Positions 19,192 through 27,867 of a DNA stretch of 64,000 nucleotides are shown piece after piece (position 1 is the first letter of the stretch; each line of letters opens with the position of its first letter). The stretch spans positions 760,852 to 824,851 of the forward strand of contig NZ_OZ245776.1 in assembly GCF_965227735.1 (NCBI RefSeq), given 5' to 3'. The notes under the pieces are model-generated. The model saw nothing but the letters and a program-made list of their open reading frames with translations, had not been told where the DNA came from and made no database searches. Source of the DNA: Larkinella sp. GTDB lineage: Bacteria; Bacteroidota; Bacteroidia; Cytophagales; Spirosomataceae. Both the position numbers and the translations under genes were made by a program.

Positions 19192-19746
19192 TTAATTCCC
19201 ACTGCCCGACATCTGGAAGACTCCTGACGGTTTTCGAATAAAATAGTGGGAGAACGTTTGATCCGTGTCCAGGCCCACCCCTTCCAGCCGTTCGTTTGAG
19301 TTTTTGCTCAGAATTTTGACCTTTTTTTCGGTGTAAACCTTCTTGGTGGTCGGGTTCCAGTTGAGTTCCGGCGTGTAGAGTTCCTGATTTTTTTTCTTGT
19401 TGACCACCACCACATTCCCCATGACGCGGTAATAATTCTGGGCTTGCACGTAGCGGCCCGAATCCGCCCGCAAGGTGGTCTCGATCTGCTGATCGGGACC
19501 ATAGAACTCGATGTTGACGGTTTTGGGGTAAACGCGGTCGTTGGATTGGTACTTGTACTGCAAGGGCGTTTTCATCTTGACCTTCAACAGCCCCATTTCG
19601 CTGTACAGAATCTGAACGTCGTTGATTTCTTCCAGCGGGCCGGTATACGGTTTTGATTTTTTCGCAGCCGGTTCTTCCGTACAACTCATCAAGGCACTCC
19701 CAAACAGGCCCAAAAGGATGGCCCGAAAAATGTACTTACTCATCAT
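19192..19746 (-). CDS. lptC: LPS export periplasmic protein LptC
   Basis: Lipobox LMSC; TTLRADSG, VMGNVVVVN, LYTPELNWN, VYTEKKV motifs. Confidence 0.88.
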   Translation of the reverse strand: MMSKYIFRAILLGLFGSALMSCTEEPAAKKSKPYTGPLEEINDVQILYSEMGLLKVKMKTPLQYKYQSNDRVYPKTVNIEFYGPDQQIETTLRADSGRYVQAQNYYRVMGNVVVVNKKKNQELYTPELNWNPTTKKVYTEKKVKILSKNSNERLEGVGLDTDQTFSHYFIRKPSGVFQMSGSGN

Positions 19747-19845
19747 GGTTTTCAGTGTGAATCATTCCAACTCTTAGAACGAAAGTCTGAGGGCCCTGGT
19801 TCGCAGCTTTGACTAAACGGCAAGGCTACGCAGTGAAACCATCGG

Positions 19846-21132
19846 TTAATCGATTTTCTGCCGCTGGAACCAGGGCTGATTGAGCGACAGACCCAGGCCA
19901 ATTTTGAAGTACCGTTCCTGAATCTGACCATTCGTAACCGTTCCCCGCTGACCACCGATCAGGGAGATGCTAACCGAATTCACGTATTGGCCTACGGGCA
20001 ACGAAACGCCTAAACTGACGTTTACATCGTTGGGTTGTTTTCCGCCTACCGAATACGGCAGCTTGGAATAATTGAACCCTAACCGGTAGGGAATGAGGTC
20101 CAGGTAACGCGTCGATCGGGTTTTCGGCGTGTATTCCAGCCCGGCGCCAATCGAATAACTATCTTGTAGACTCCCAGAATTACCCTCCAGATCCGAAAAT
20201 TTCGACCAGGGCTGGTACCCAAACTCAACCCCAACCGCTAGTTTTTGCGATTTTTCCAGCACAATACCGCCCCGGAATTGAGTAGGCAGCGTAACCGAAC
20301 CGCCACTGCGGGTGCTCACCGTATCTGGATTTGAAATCTGCGTGCCACTGGCATCGATTTGCTGGTACGTATCGATTGAATTGCCGCCCAATTTCGTCAT
20401 CGGATCGATGGTGGCACCGATGTTCAGGAACCAGTCATTTTTCAGTTTCGGTCGCCAGGCCGCTCCAAATCGCCACACCACATCGCTGTAACTCGTTTGT
20501 GTCGAACGCTTTACGGTAATATCATCTCCACCAATCAGCAGGCGGGAATCGGAATCTTTGGTGGTGTTGCCAAAAAGAAAAGCGGCTTCAAAACCGAAGA
20601 AAAGGCTCTTGGTCAGGCTAAAGCCGTTGGTAAACGTTGCCTTGTTGAGCCCACCCCGTCCCCGGTAAATGTATTCGGATTCGTAAATGGTGCCCGGCAC
20701 TTTCTGGTATTGCGTGGTTTGGTAGTCCACGTAGCTGTAGGGCCGCAAGCCAATACCCGTCGACCAATAGCGGGTGACGGGAAAGGTAAACGTCAGGTAA
20801 CTGAGGTTGGCCCCAAAATCCTGTTGTTTTTGTCCACGGCCATCGGTAAGTCCTTTGCTTTGTCCCAGCAAACCCACTTCAAACAGGGTGTAGCGGTTCC
20901 GAACCAGCAAAGCGGGGTTGACACTATTCAGAAAAAAACTGTTGGCATACGCGGTTCCCATGCCGCCCATGCCCAGGTTGGTGACGTTGCTGTTGCCGTA
21001 GATTTCACCAATACCCAGCGAAGAATAAGGAGAATTGCCTAAACCTTGTGCCTGAGCGGTCAATTGAGCCGTTCCAAACAGGAAAAGGCCGGTAAATAAG
21101 ACGGAATACCATCCGTTACGAGAGGTCGACAT
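19846..21132 (-). CDS. Outer-membrane beta-barrel protein (FadL/Toluene_X-like)
   Basis: Signal peptide; NSPYSSLGIG and LGMGGMG...NPA plug motif; amphipathic strands. Confidence 0.75.
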   Translation of the reverse strand: MSTSRNGWYSVLFTGLFLFGTAQLTAQAQGLGNSPYSSLGIGEIYGNSNVTNLGMGGMGTAYANSFFLNSVNPALLVRNRYTLFEVGLLGQSKGLTDGRGQKQQDFGANLSYLTFTFPVTRYWSTGIGLRPYSYVDYQTTQYQKVPGTIYESEYIYRGRGGLNKATFTNGFSLTKSLFFGFEAAFLFGNTTKDSDSRLLIGGDDITVKRSTQTSYSDVVWRFGAAWRPKLKNDWFLNIGATIDPMTKLGGNSIDTYQQIDASGTQISNPDTVSTRSGGSVTLPTQFRGGIVLEKSQKLAVGVEFGYQPWSKFSDLEGNSGSLQDSYSIGAGLEYTPKTRSTRYLDLIPYRLGFNYSKLPYSVGGKQPNDVNVSLGVSLPVGQYVNSVSISLIGGQRGTVTNGQIQERYFKIGLGLSLNQPWFQRQKID

Positions 21133-21847
21133 TATGTTGTAAAATACGATTCAATCCGATCAGTACCAGTTCCGGTACTGCAAAGATGGGTGGTTTCAGG
21201 CTACTTTCAAAAAACGGAGCGTCTCCCCCGCAGATTAGTACCTTCACATCGGGGTGTTCCCGGCGATGCGCATCGATAATACCGTTCAATTCGGCCAGCA
21301 ATCCATTGACCACCCCGGCCTGCATGGCCTGCCGGGTATTTTTTCCCAAGAGCGAGGGCCTCAACTCATCCGGCTCGACCATCGGTAACCTTTCTGTAAA
21401 CGAATGCATCGCCCGGAATCGCATACGGAAGCCGGGAGAAATCATTCCGCCGTGAAAGACCGAAGCTTGATCGACGTAGTCATACGTGACGCAGGTTCCC
21501 ATATCGATCACCAGACAGGCATCGTCTGGAAACCGGACTTTGGCCCCAACAGCCGACGCAATCCGGTCGGTTCCGAGCGTGTTGGGCGTGTCATACCGCT
21601 TTTCCATCGGCACCGGCGTATAACCATCGACCGCCAGCCAGAACGTTCCCGGTTTTAGCGAAAGTTGGTCCCGCAATTGGTCGGCCGGGCGGTTGGTCGA
21701 CGAAACGACGACCGCATCGGGCGGAGCATTCTGAATCAGGATTTGCAGGTTCTCGACCGATAATTGCGAATAGACTCCCACAGGCTTTCCCTGCTCGAAA
21801 ATTCCGGCTTTGATGGCACTGTTCCCCCAGTCGATGGCGATGTTCAT
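21116..21847 (-). CDS. coaX: Type III pantothenate kinase
   Basis: IDWGNS, TLGTDR, VIDMGTCVT, GGMISPG, CGGDA motifs. Confidence 0.96.
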   Translation of the reverse strand: MNIAIDWGNSAIKAGIFEQGKPVGVYSQLSVENLQILIQNAPPDAVVVSSTNRPADQLRDQLSLKPGTFWLAVDGYTPVPMEKRYDTPNTLGTDRIASAVGAKVRFPDDACLVIDMGTCVTYDYVDQASVFHGGMISPGFRMRFRAMHSFTERLPMVEPDELRPSLLGKNTRQAMQAGVVNGLLAELNGIIDAHRREHPDVKVLICGGDAPFFESSLKPPIFAVPELVLIGLNRILQHNVDLS

Positions 21848-21915
21848 TCCTGCAAAAATTGCAAATTGAGACCAGATTCCTCACGCTTGTGTGTTAAAAA
21901 TGCTTAAAATGCGGC

Positions 21916-23061
21916 ATGGAATCGGTAAAAACGTGGTTTGAGCAGCAGTTGATGGGCAATTCCGTCGGCAATCTGGTCCTGTTCGCTCTCCTTATTCTGT
22001 TGGGTTTGTGGTTAAAACGCATGCTGTCGATGCTGCTGAGCCGGTTTTTCTACCGGCTCGTCAAGCCCGAATCCAACTCCATTCCGATCAGCGATTTTCT
22101 TCGGTTGATGCGCCAGCCGATCGAATTCCTTATTCTGCTGATCATGCTTTTTCTGGCTTTCGACCGACTGGCCACTCCCGAACAATGGGAATTTGTGCCC
22201 CGCACCGAGTTTGGCTACCGCCTGGTGGTGATTCGGTTATACCAGACGACGCTGATGATCACGCTGGCCTGGATTGCCATCCGGTTTGTGAAGTTCGTGG
22301 GCCTGATTTTTCAGAAACGGGCCGAACAAACGGAAACGAAGCTGGACGACCAACTGGTGCCGTTTGTTCGTGATCTGATGATTCTAACCGTTTCCGCGAT
22401 TGCGTTTTTTTCGATTCTGAGTGTTGTTTTCGACGTCAACGTCATTGCGCTCGTAACCAGTCTGGGCATCGGCGGTTTGGCCATTGCCCTGGCGGCCCGC
22501 GAAACGCTCGAAAATTTATTTGCCTCGTTTGCCATTCTACTCGATCGTCCTTTTGTTACGGGCGATACCGTGACCGCCGGAACCGGCCCCAATCAAGTTA
22601 CCGGCACCGTGGAGAAAATCGGTTTCCGAAGCACCCGTCTCCGCACCGACGACGGCAGCCGAATCGCCGTTCCCAACCGCCTGATGATTTCACAGTCTCT
22701 CGATAACCTGACCCAGCGAAGCCAGCGCCGGGCCAAGTTCTACCTCCGGCTTGCCCTCGACACACCGGCCGGGACGCTCCGGAGCATTGTTGACGATACC
22801 CGCCAATGGCTTGAAAACCAGCCAAAAACTAACCAATCTCCTCCCCTTATTCAGTTTGATACCTTTGGCGAAAACTCGCTGGATATTCTGATTCAATATT
22901 ACGTGGCGACCAGCGACTACCGGGAATTTAACGCAATAAAGGAAGAAGTGAACTATCAGTTGATGGCTATTGTTGAGAAACATAGCGGACGGTTTGCATT
23001 TCCATCAAGAATCGTTTATCTTCGATCACAGGCTGAGTTCCCGCTCGAAAATCAAAAATAA
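21916..23061 (+). CDS. Small-conductance mechanosensitive channel (MscS family)
   Basis: GIGGLAIALAARETLENLFAS, DRPFVTGD, VEKIGFRSTRLRT, VPNR. Confidence 0.95.
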   Translation: MESVKTWFEQQLMGNSVGNLVLFALLILLGLWLKRMLSMLLSRFFYRLVKPESNSIPISDFLRLMRQPIEFLILLIMLFLAFDRLATPEQWEFVPRTEFGYRLVVIRLYQTTLMITLAWIAIRFVKFVGLIFQKRAEQTETKLDDQLVPFVRDLMILTVSAIAFFSILSVVFDVNVIALVTSLGIGGLAIALAARETLENLFASFAILLDRPFVTGDTVTAGTGPNQVTGTVEKIGFRSTRLRTDDGSRIAVPNRLMISQSLDNLTQRSQRRAKFYLRLALDTPAGTLRSIVDDTRQWLENQPKTNQSPPLIQFDTFGENSLDILIQYYVATSDYREFNAIKEEVNYQLMAIVEKHSGRFAFPSRIVYLRSQAEFPLENQK

Positions 23062-23116
23062 TTCCTGGCTACTTTTGAATACTTTCTAAAACATTTGCAT
23101 CTTTTGGTCGTTCTTG

Positions 23117-23147
23117 TTGACAAAGCGGGATTAATCTATTAACATTG
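23117..23147 (+). promoter_or_regulatory. Probable rho promoter, implying a leader of about 300 nt
   Basis: TTG 23117-23119, 20-nt spacer, TAACATTG 23140-23147 (one mismatch to TAnnTTTG). Confidence 0.5.
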
Positions 23148-23450
23148 TGGTCATATAGGTTCTGACCCGATATCACAGGTGTTCTGCCTTTATCCATGTA
23201 ATCTGAGGCCGCAAGCCAAATCCACCTGAACAAACTGTCCTGTTGTACCCTACCACGCACCAGCGTAGTTGTGTTACTACACTAAACAGTTGCTGCAAGT
23301 GCATAGGTCAAGCAAATATCTGACTTGTAATCAATCGTATCATTAAAGCACTACTTTTCCTCATTTGGATTCATTCATCCACGGCTTGCCGTAGCGACAA
23401 TTATCTCACACATTTTCAAGTAAAGCCCCCTTTGCTTACTCTGGCTTTTT

Positions 23451-25493
23451 ATGTACAATAAGGAAGAACTCGATCTGAAACTCTTATCAGAATTGAAAGC
23501 GATTGCTGAATCATTCAGTATTCGTGACATCAGTAAATTCAACAAAAAGGAATTGGTTTATAAAATTTTAGACCAGCAATCCTTACTCCCCGACCCCGTT
23601 CCCGCTCCCACTGAAAACGGCAAAAGCGCGGAAGCCACCCCCGTGGTGGTCGCCGAAGCCCCGCGCCGTGGACGGCGTCCACGCCCGGAACCAACACCGG
23701 CAGCCGAGACGGCTCCTGCTGCGCAACCCGCTCCTGCTGACCTGGAAACGCCGGCTTCGGCTCCCGAACCCGTTCAGCCCGAAATGGCAACCCCCACGCC
23801 GGAAGCCCGAACTGAAGAACCGCGCGTATCGGTCGTACGGCCCAATCGCGACAATACGGCCCGAAACGGCCGACCTGCCGATGCTGCTGCAGGCACCCGC
23901 CCGCAAAACCGGCGTGGTCCGGAACAAACCGGCCCCATTCGCCCCGCCCGAAACGAAAATTCAGATTCTCACGATCCACGGCGCGTGCGTCAACGAATTC
24001 GCAAAGACGAAGAGGTGGGCGAAGATATTATTCCCGCAGCCCCTTCTGCGGAGAAATCCAATGAAAAAAAGGGACTTCCCAACCAACCCCAGCGCCCGGA
24101 ACAACTCCGCAACCGCAAAGGAGAACTGGAACAACCCGCACTGGATCTGTCGATTGAAACCGACACCGACGACTTTTTTACGGCACCCGCCGACGGCGAA
24201 CAGCCTGATGTAGCCGCTGTTAGCCCGGCCACGCCGGAAACCCCGGTTCAGGCCGATCAGCCCGAAGCAACCCAAACCCCGGCACAGCAACCCGAACGCC
24301 AGCAGCGTGACGTGGTGCGCCCGGATGAGTATACCAACCGCATTCGCCGGCAGTATAACCAGCACGTTCGGGAATTTGACGGGATTATTGAAAACGAAGG
24401 CGTTCTGGAAATTATGTCCGATGGTGGCTACGGCTTCCTGCGCTCGGCCGATTACAATTACCTGGCCAGTCCGGACGACATATATGTATCACCGTCACAA
24501 ATTAAACTCTTTGGTCTGAAAACCGGGGACACGGTACGCGGTCAGATCCGTCCACCCAAAGAAGGTGAAAAATATTTTGCCCTGCTTCGTGTTTCATCGG
24601 TCAATGGCAAAACGACCGAAGAAATCCGCGATCGGATTCCCTTTGAATACCTGACTCCGCTTTTTCCGGAAGAAAAACTGAACCTGAGCTACCGTTCCGA
24701 TCAGTATTCGACCCGGATTGTAGACCTCTTTGCGCCGATTGGAAAAGGGCAGCGGGGGATGATTGTGGCCCAGCCCAAAACCGGTAAAACCGTGTTGCTG
24801 AAAGACATCGCCAACGCCATCACCAAAAACCACCCGGAAGTTTATCTCATCATTCTGCTGATCGACGAACGCCCGGAAGAAGTGACGGACATGGCCCGGA
24901 GTGTGAACGCAGAAGTCATTTCGTCCACCTTTGATGAACAGGCCGAACGGCACGTAAAAGTGGCCTCGATGGTGCTGGAAAAGGCGAAACGGATGGTTGA
25001 GTGCGGTCACGATGTGGTTATTCTGCTCGATTCGATCACGCGTCTGGCGCGGGCCTACAACACGGTAGTGCCTTCGTCCGGGAAGATTCTGTCGGGTGGT
25101 GTCGATGCCAACGCCCTCCACAAGCCGAAACGTTTTTTCGGAGCCGCCCGAAACGTTGAATTTGGCGGCTCGTTAACGATCATTGCCACGGCGCTGATTG
25201 ATACGGGTTCGAAAATGGACGAAGTAATCTTCGAGGAATTCAAAGGGACCGGTAACATGGAACTCCAACTCGACCGGAAACTGTCCAACAAGCGCGTTTA
25301 TCCGGCGGTCGACGTTCTGTCGTCCGGCACGCGTCGGGAAGACCTGCTGCTCGACAAAGAAACCCTGCAACGCATCTGGATTCTTCGCAAGCACATGGCC
25401 GATATGAACGCGATGGAGTCGATGGACTTCCTGCTCGACCGCATGCGCGGAACCCGCAACAACGAAGAATTTCTGGTGTCGATGAACCGCTAA
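23451..25493 (+). CDS. rho: Transcription termination factor Rho with long N-terminal disordered insertion
   Basis: GYGFLR RNP1, [39 protein letters not shown]. Confidence 0.98.
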   Translation: MYNKEELDLKLLSELKAIAESFSIRDISKFNKKELVYKILDQQSLLPDPVPAPTENGKSAEATPVVVAEAPRRGRRPRPEPTPAAETAPAAQPAPADLETPASAPEPVQPEMATPTPEARTEEPRVSVVRPNRDNTARNGRPADAAAGTRPQNRRGPEQTGPIRPARNENSDSHDPRRVRQRIRKDEEVGEDIIPAAPSAEKSNEKKGLPNQPQRPEQLRNRKGELEQPALDLSIETDTDDFFTAPADGEQPDVAAVSPATPETPVQADQPEATQTPAQQPERQQRDVVRPDEYTNRIRRQYNQHVREFDGIIENEGVLEIMSDGGYGFLRSADYNYLASPDDIYVSPSQIKLFGLKTGDTVRGQIRPPKEGEKYFALLRVSSVNGKTTEEIRDRIPFEYLTPLFPEEKLNLSYRSDQYSTRIVDLFAPIGKGQRGMIVAQPKTGKTVLLKDIANAITKNHPEVYLIILLIDERPEEVTDMARSVNAEVISSTFDEQAERHVKVASMVLEKAKRMVECGHDVVILLDSITRLARAYNTVVPSSGKILSGGVDANALHKPKRFFGAARNVEFGGSLTIIATALIDTGSKMDEVIFEEFKGTGNMELQLDRKLSNKRVYPAVDVLSSGTRREDLLLDKETLQRIWILRKHMADMNAMESMDFLLDRMRGTRNNEEFLVSMNR

Positions 25494-25523
25494 CGTTCAT
25501 CTTCCGTCCTTCTTTTTATACAC

Positions 25524-25566
25524 AAAAACCGTGTTGCACCCCAAAAGGGTCGCGACACGGTTTTTT
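25524..25566 (+). terminator. Intrinsic terminator after rho
   Basis: AAAAACCGTGTTGC-ACCC...GGGT-CGCGACACGGTTTTTT hairpin with T tail. Confidence 0.85.
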
Positions 25567-25708
25567 AGTTACCAGACAATCCCGTCGCATCTGAGAAAGA
25601 CACAGCCGCGCAAGGCGTTTCTCAAAAAATAATTTCGGGTTTGCATGACTTCACGGCCCTTTTCGAGTCTCAATGAAGGAATATAAACTTCAAACCCGTC
25701 GTTATTTC

Positions 25709-26641
25709 ATGTTCACCAATAAAACACCCTGGGTTGTGCTGCTCCTTGTCTGGATGGGCGGTTCAACCTATTGGCACGTCTGCCACATCAAACAATTGTG
25801 CGCCGACGACGATACTTCCCAGTCAGCCCTTTCTGCGGATTCAAAAACAACTCCTGCCTTCACAGTCCCCGGTTTGCAGTTTGCGGATGGCACAACCGCA
25901 TCCTTCCAGTCAGCGGGTCATCTGGCGTTTGCCAAATCCGGGGCCGAAGTCAACCCGGCGGGCGTTCAGTCTTTGCTGGATTCCCTGGCACTCTATATGA
26001 AAGCAAACCCCGGCAAACGCGTACAACTGACGGGTTTCTATGATCCAAACGAGCAAAACCCTTCGACTGATGCCAATCTGGGACTAGCGCGTGCCAACAG
26101 CGTCCGCACTTATCTCAAAACGCTGGGTGTAGCGGATACGCTCTTCACGATACAAGGCGAATCGACCACCGATCTGGCCTTTACGCCAGCCGGTGATTCG
26201 CTCTACGGCGGGATTCGGTTTGCATTTCTGGAAGAAGTACTGGTGAAAGCCCCCAAACCGGCCGAAGAAAAATTAGCTGACAGTCAGAAATTTGCATCCA
26301 TTTTTGAGCCCATGGACTTGTACTTCAACACCGGCAGAATCGATTACATCAAAACCGCCGGTACCCGTGAATTTCTGGAAAAGACCCGGACCTATCTCAA
26401 AGAGCATCCTGATCAGAAACTGGTCATTACCGGCCATACCGATGATGTCGGCCCCGATGCACTCAATCTGGCACTGTCTAAAAAGCGGGCCACCGCCGTA
26501 AAAATGCAATTGGTGAACGAGGGTATTTCGGCCCGGCAGGTGGAAGTCCAGGGCAAAGGCGAAATCCAGCCCGTCGGCACCAATAAAACCGAAGACGGTC
26601 GCCGGGCCAACCGCCGGGCCTCGATCGTTGTGAAACCCTAA
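25709..26641 (+). CDS. Membrane-anchored OmpA-family protein with two OmpA_C-like domains
   Basis: N-terminal TM PWVVLLLVWMGGSTYWHVC; degenerate domain (LTGFYD...LGLARA) and canonical domain (ITGHTDDVG...LSKKRA...NRRA). Start moved to ATG 25709. Confidence 0.88.
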   Translation: MFTNKTPWVVLLLVWMGGSTYWHVCHIKQLCADDDTSQSALSADSKTTPAFTVPGLQFADGTTASFQSAGHLAFAKSGAEVNPAGVQSLLDSLALYMKANPGKRVQLTGFYDPNEQNPSTDANLGLARANSVRTYLKTLGVADTLFTIQGESTTDLAFTPAGDSLYGGIRFAFLEEVLVKAPKPAEEKLADSQKFASIFEPMDLYFNTGRIDYIKTAGTREFLEKTRTYLKEHPDQKLVITGHTDDVGPDALNLALSKKRATAVKMQLVNEGISARQVEVQGKGEIQPVGTNKTEDGRRANRRASIVVKP

Positions 26642-26672
26642 TGTCCTCCGCTACCAAAAACGCATTACCACT

Positions 26673-27158
26673 ATGTTTGAAATGAATCCCCATCAGTTGC
26701 CCGACGCCGTTCTGCAACACTGGATTATGTTACTAGTTTGTGGAACGCTAGGTTTCATCATCGGTTACATCGGTCGAAAAGTTACGATTCGCCGGCTCGA
26801 AAGTCAGATCAATGCCACCGAAAGCCAGGTGGAAGAGTGCCTGAAATCCAGTCAGGCCCAGCAGGAAGACATCGTGCTCCAACGCATTTCTTCCCGGGCA
26901 AATGAACTGAATTTCACACGAATCGGCCATTCCTCACTCGCTAAAGCCGATGACTTGAAGGAAATTAACGGAATTGGCCCGTTTTTCGAGAAAAAACTGC
27001 ACAGCCTCCGAATCTATACGTTTCAGCAGTTGGCCAATTGTACGACGGAAGACACCAACCAGATTGCCAACATCATTGAGTTCTTCCCCGACCGCATCGA
27101 ACGGGAAGACTGGATCGGCCAGGCAAAAAAGTTACACCGCAAAAAATATGGCGTTTAG
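26673..27158 (+). CDS. Single-pass membrane protein with coiled coil and C-terminal helix-hairpin-helix (COG3743-like) domain
   Basis: TM HWIMLLVCGTLGFIIGYIG; DDLKEINGIGPFFEKKL...FQQLA...RIEREDWIGQAK. Confidence 0.85.
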   Translation: MFEMNPHQLPDAVLQHWIMLLVCGTLGFIIGYIGRKVTIRRLESQINATESQVEECLKSSQAQQEDIVLQRISSRANELNFTRIGHSSLAKADDLKEINGIGPFFEKKLHSLRIYTFQQLANCTTEDTNQIANIIEFFPDRIEREDWIGQAKKLHRKKYGV

Positions 27159-27193
27159 AATTCAACTGTTCGACCTAAAAAAGCACAGACACT

Positions 27194-27781
27194 ATGTTCA
27201 ATTTAGATCCGTTTAGCCGGGGCGTTGCCATTACTGAAATTCTGATCTTGCTGGCCTTTGCCGCCCTTGTGGGTTATTTCCTCGCCCGGTTGATCACCAA
27301 CAACCGCATCAGCGAATTAAAAGCTGCTTTGGCCGATCAGGAAGCGGCCCTGGATGACTGCCACCGCAAGCGGAAAGCGACGGTAGCGATGGCTTCCTCT
27401 CCAGCAACAAAAACCGTCGAGTATACAAGCACCCGAACAGTTGCACCGACAAGCAATGGTAACATAGCAACAGAAAGCGATGAAGAAACCGTTTTCCGTA
27501 AAATTGCGTCACGTGCTTCGGAATTGAATTTTAGCCGCATTGGCTACGCCACCCTGAACGATGCAGATGATCTGAAAGAGATTGTGGGCGTCGGTCCGTT
27601 TTTTGAACGCAAACTGCACACACTCGGCATTTTCAGCTTCCGGCAACTGGCCAATTTTACGACCGAGGATGTAGAAAAGGTGAGTGATATTATTGAATTT
27701 TTCCCCGACCGCATCGAGCGCGAAGACTGGGTTGGACAGGCTAAACAACTGTATAAGAATAAATACGGCCGGGAGGTTTAA
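27194..27781 (+). CDS. Paralogous single-pass membrane protein with HhH (COG3743-like) domain
   Basis: TM EILILLAFAALVGYFLARLI; DDLKEIVGVGPFFERKL...FRQLA...RIEREDWVGQAK. Confidence 0.85.
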   Translation: MFNLDPFSRGVAITEILILLAFAALVGYFLARLITNNRISELKAALADQEAALDDCHRKRKATVAMASSPATKTVEYTSTRTVAPTSNGNIATESDEETVFRKIASRASELNFSRIGYATLNDADDLKEIVGVGPFFERKLHTLGIFSFRQLANFTTEDVEKVSDIIEFFPDRIEREDWVGQAKQLYKNKYGREV

Positions 27782-27784
27782 AGA

Positions 27785-27862
27785 CGGTATTCGGTATTCG
27801 GTGGCTGACGCATTCAGATGCACGCGTCAGCCACCGAATACCGTATACTGAAAACCGAATAC
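27785..27862. repeat. Heptamer-armed hairpin between convergent genes (probable bidirectional terminator/REP-like)
   Basis: Perfect 20-bp arms CGGTATTCGGTGGCTGACGC (27792-27811) and GCGTCAGCCACCGAATACCG (27824-27843), with extra CGGTATT/AATACCG-type units. Confidence 0.85.
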
Positions 27863-27867
27863 CCATT

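Noticed and set aside
25709-27781. Calling the OmpA/HhH operon a Zorya system
   Set aside because: There is no MotA/ZorA-like multi-TM channel and no helicase or nuclease partner; only the TM-plus-OmpA layout is shared.
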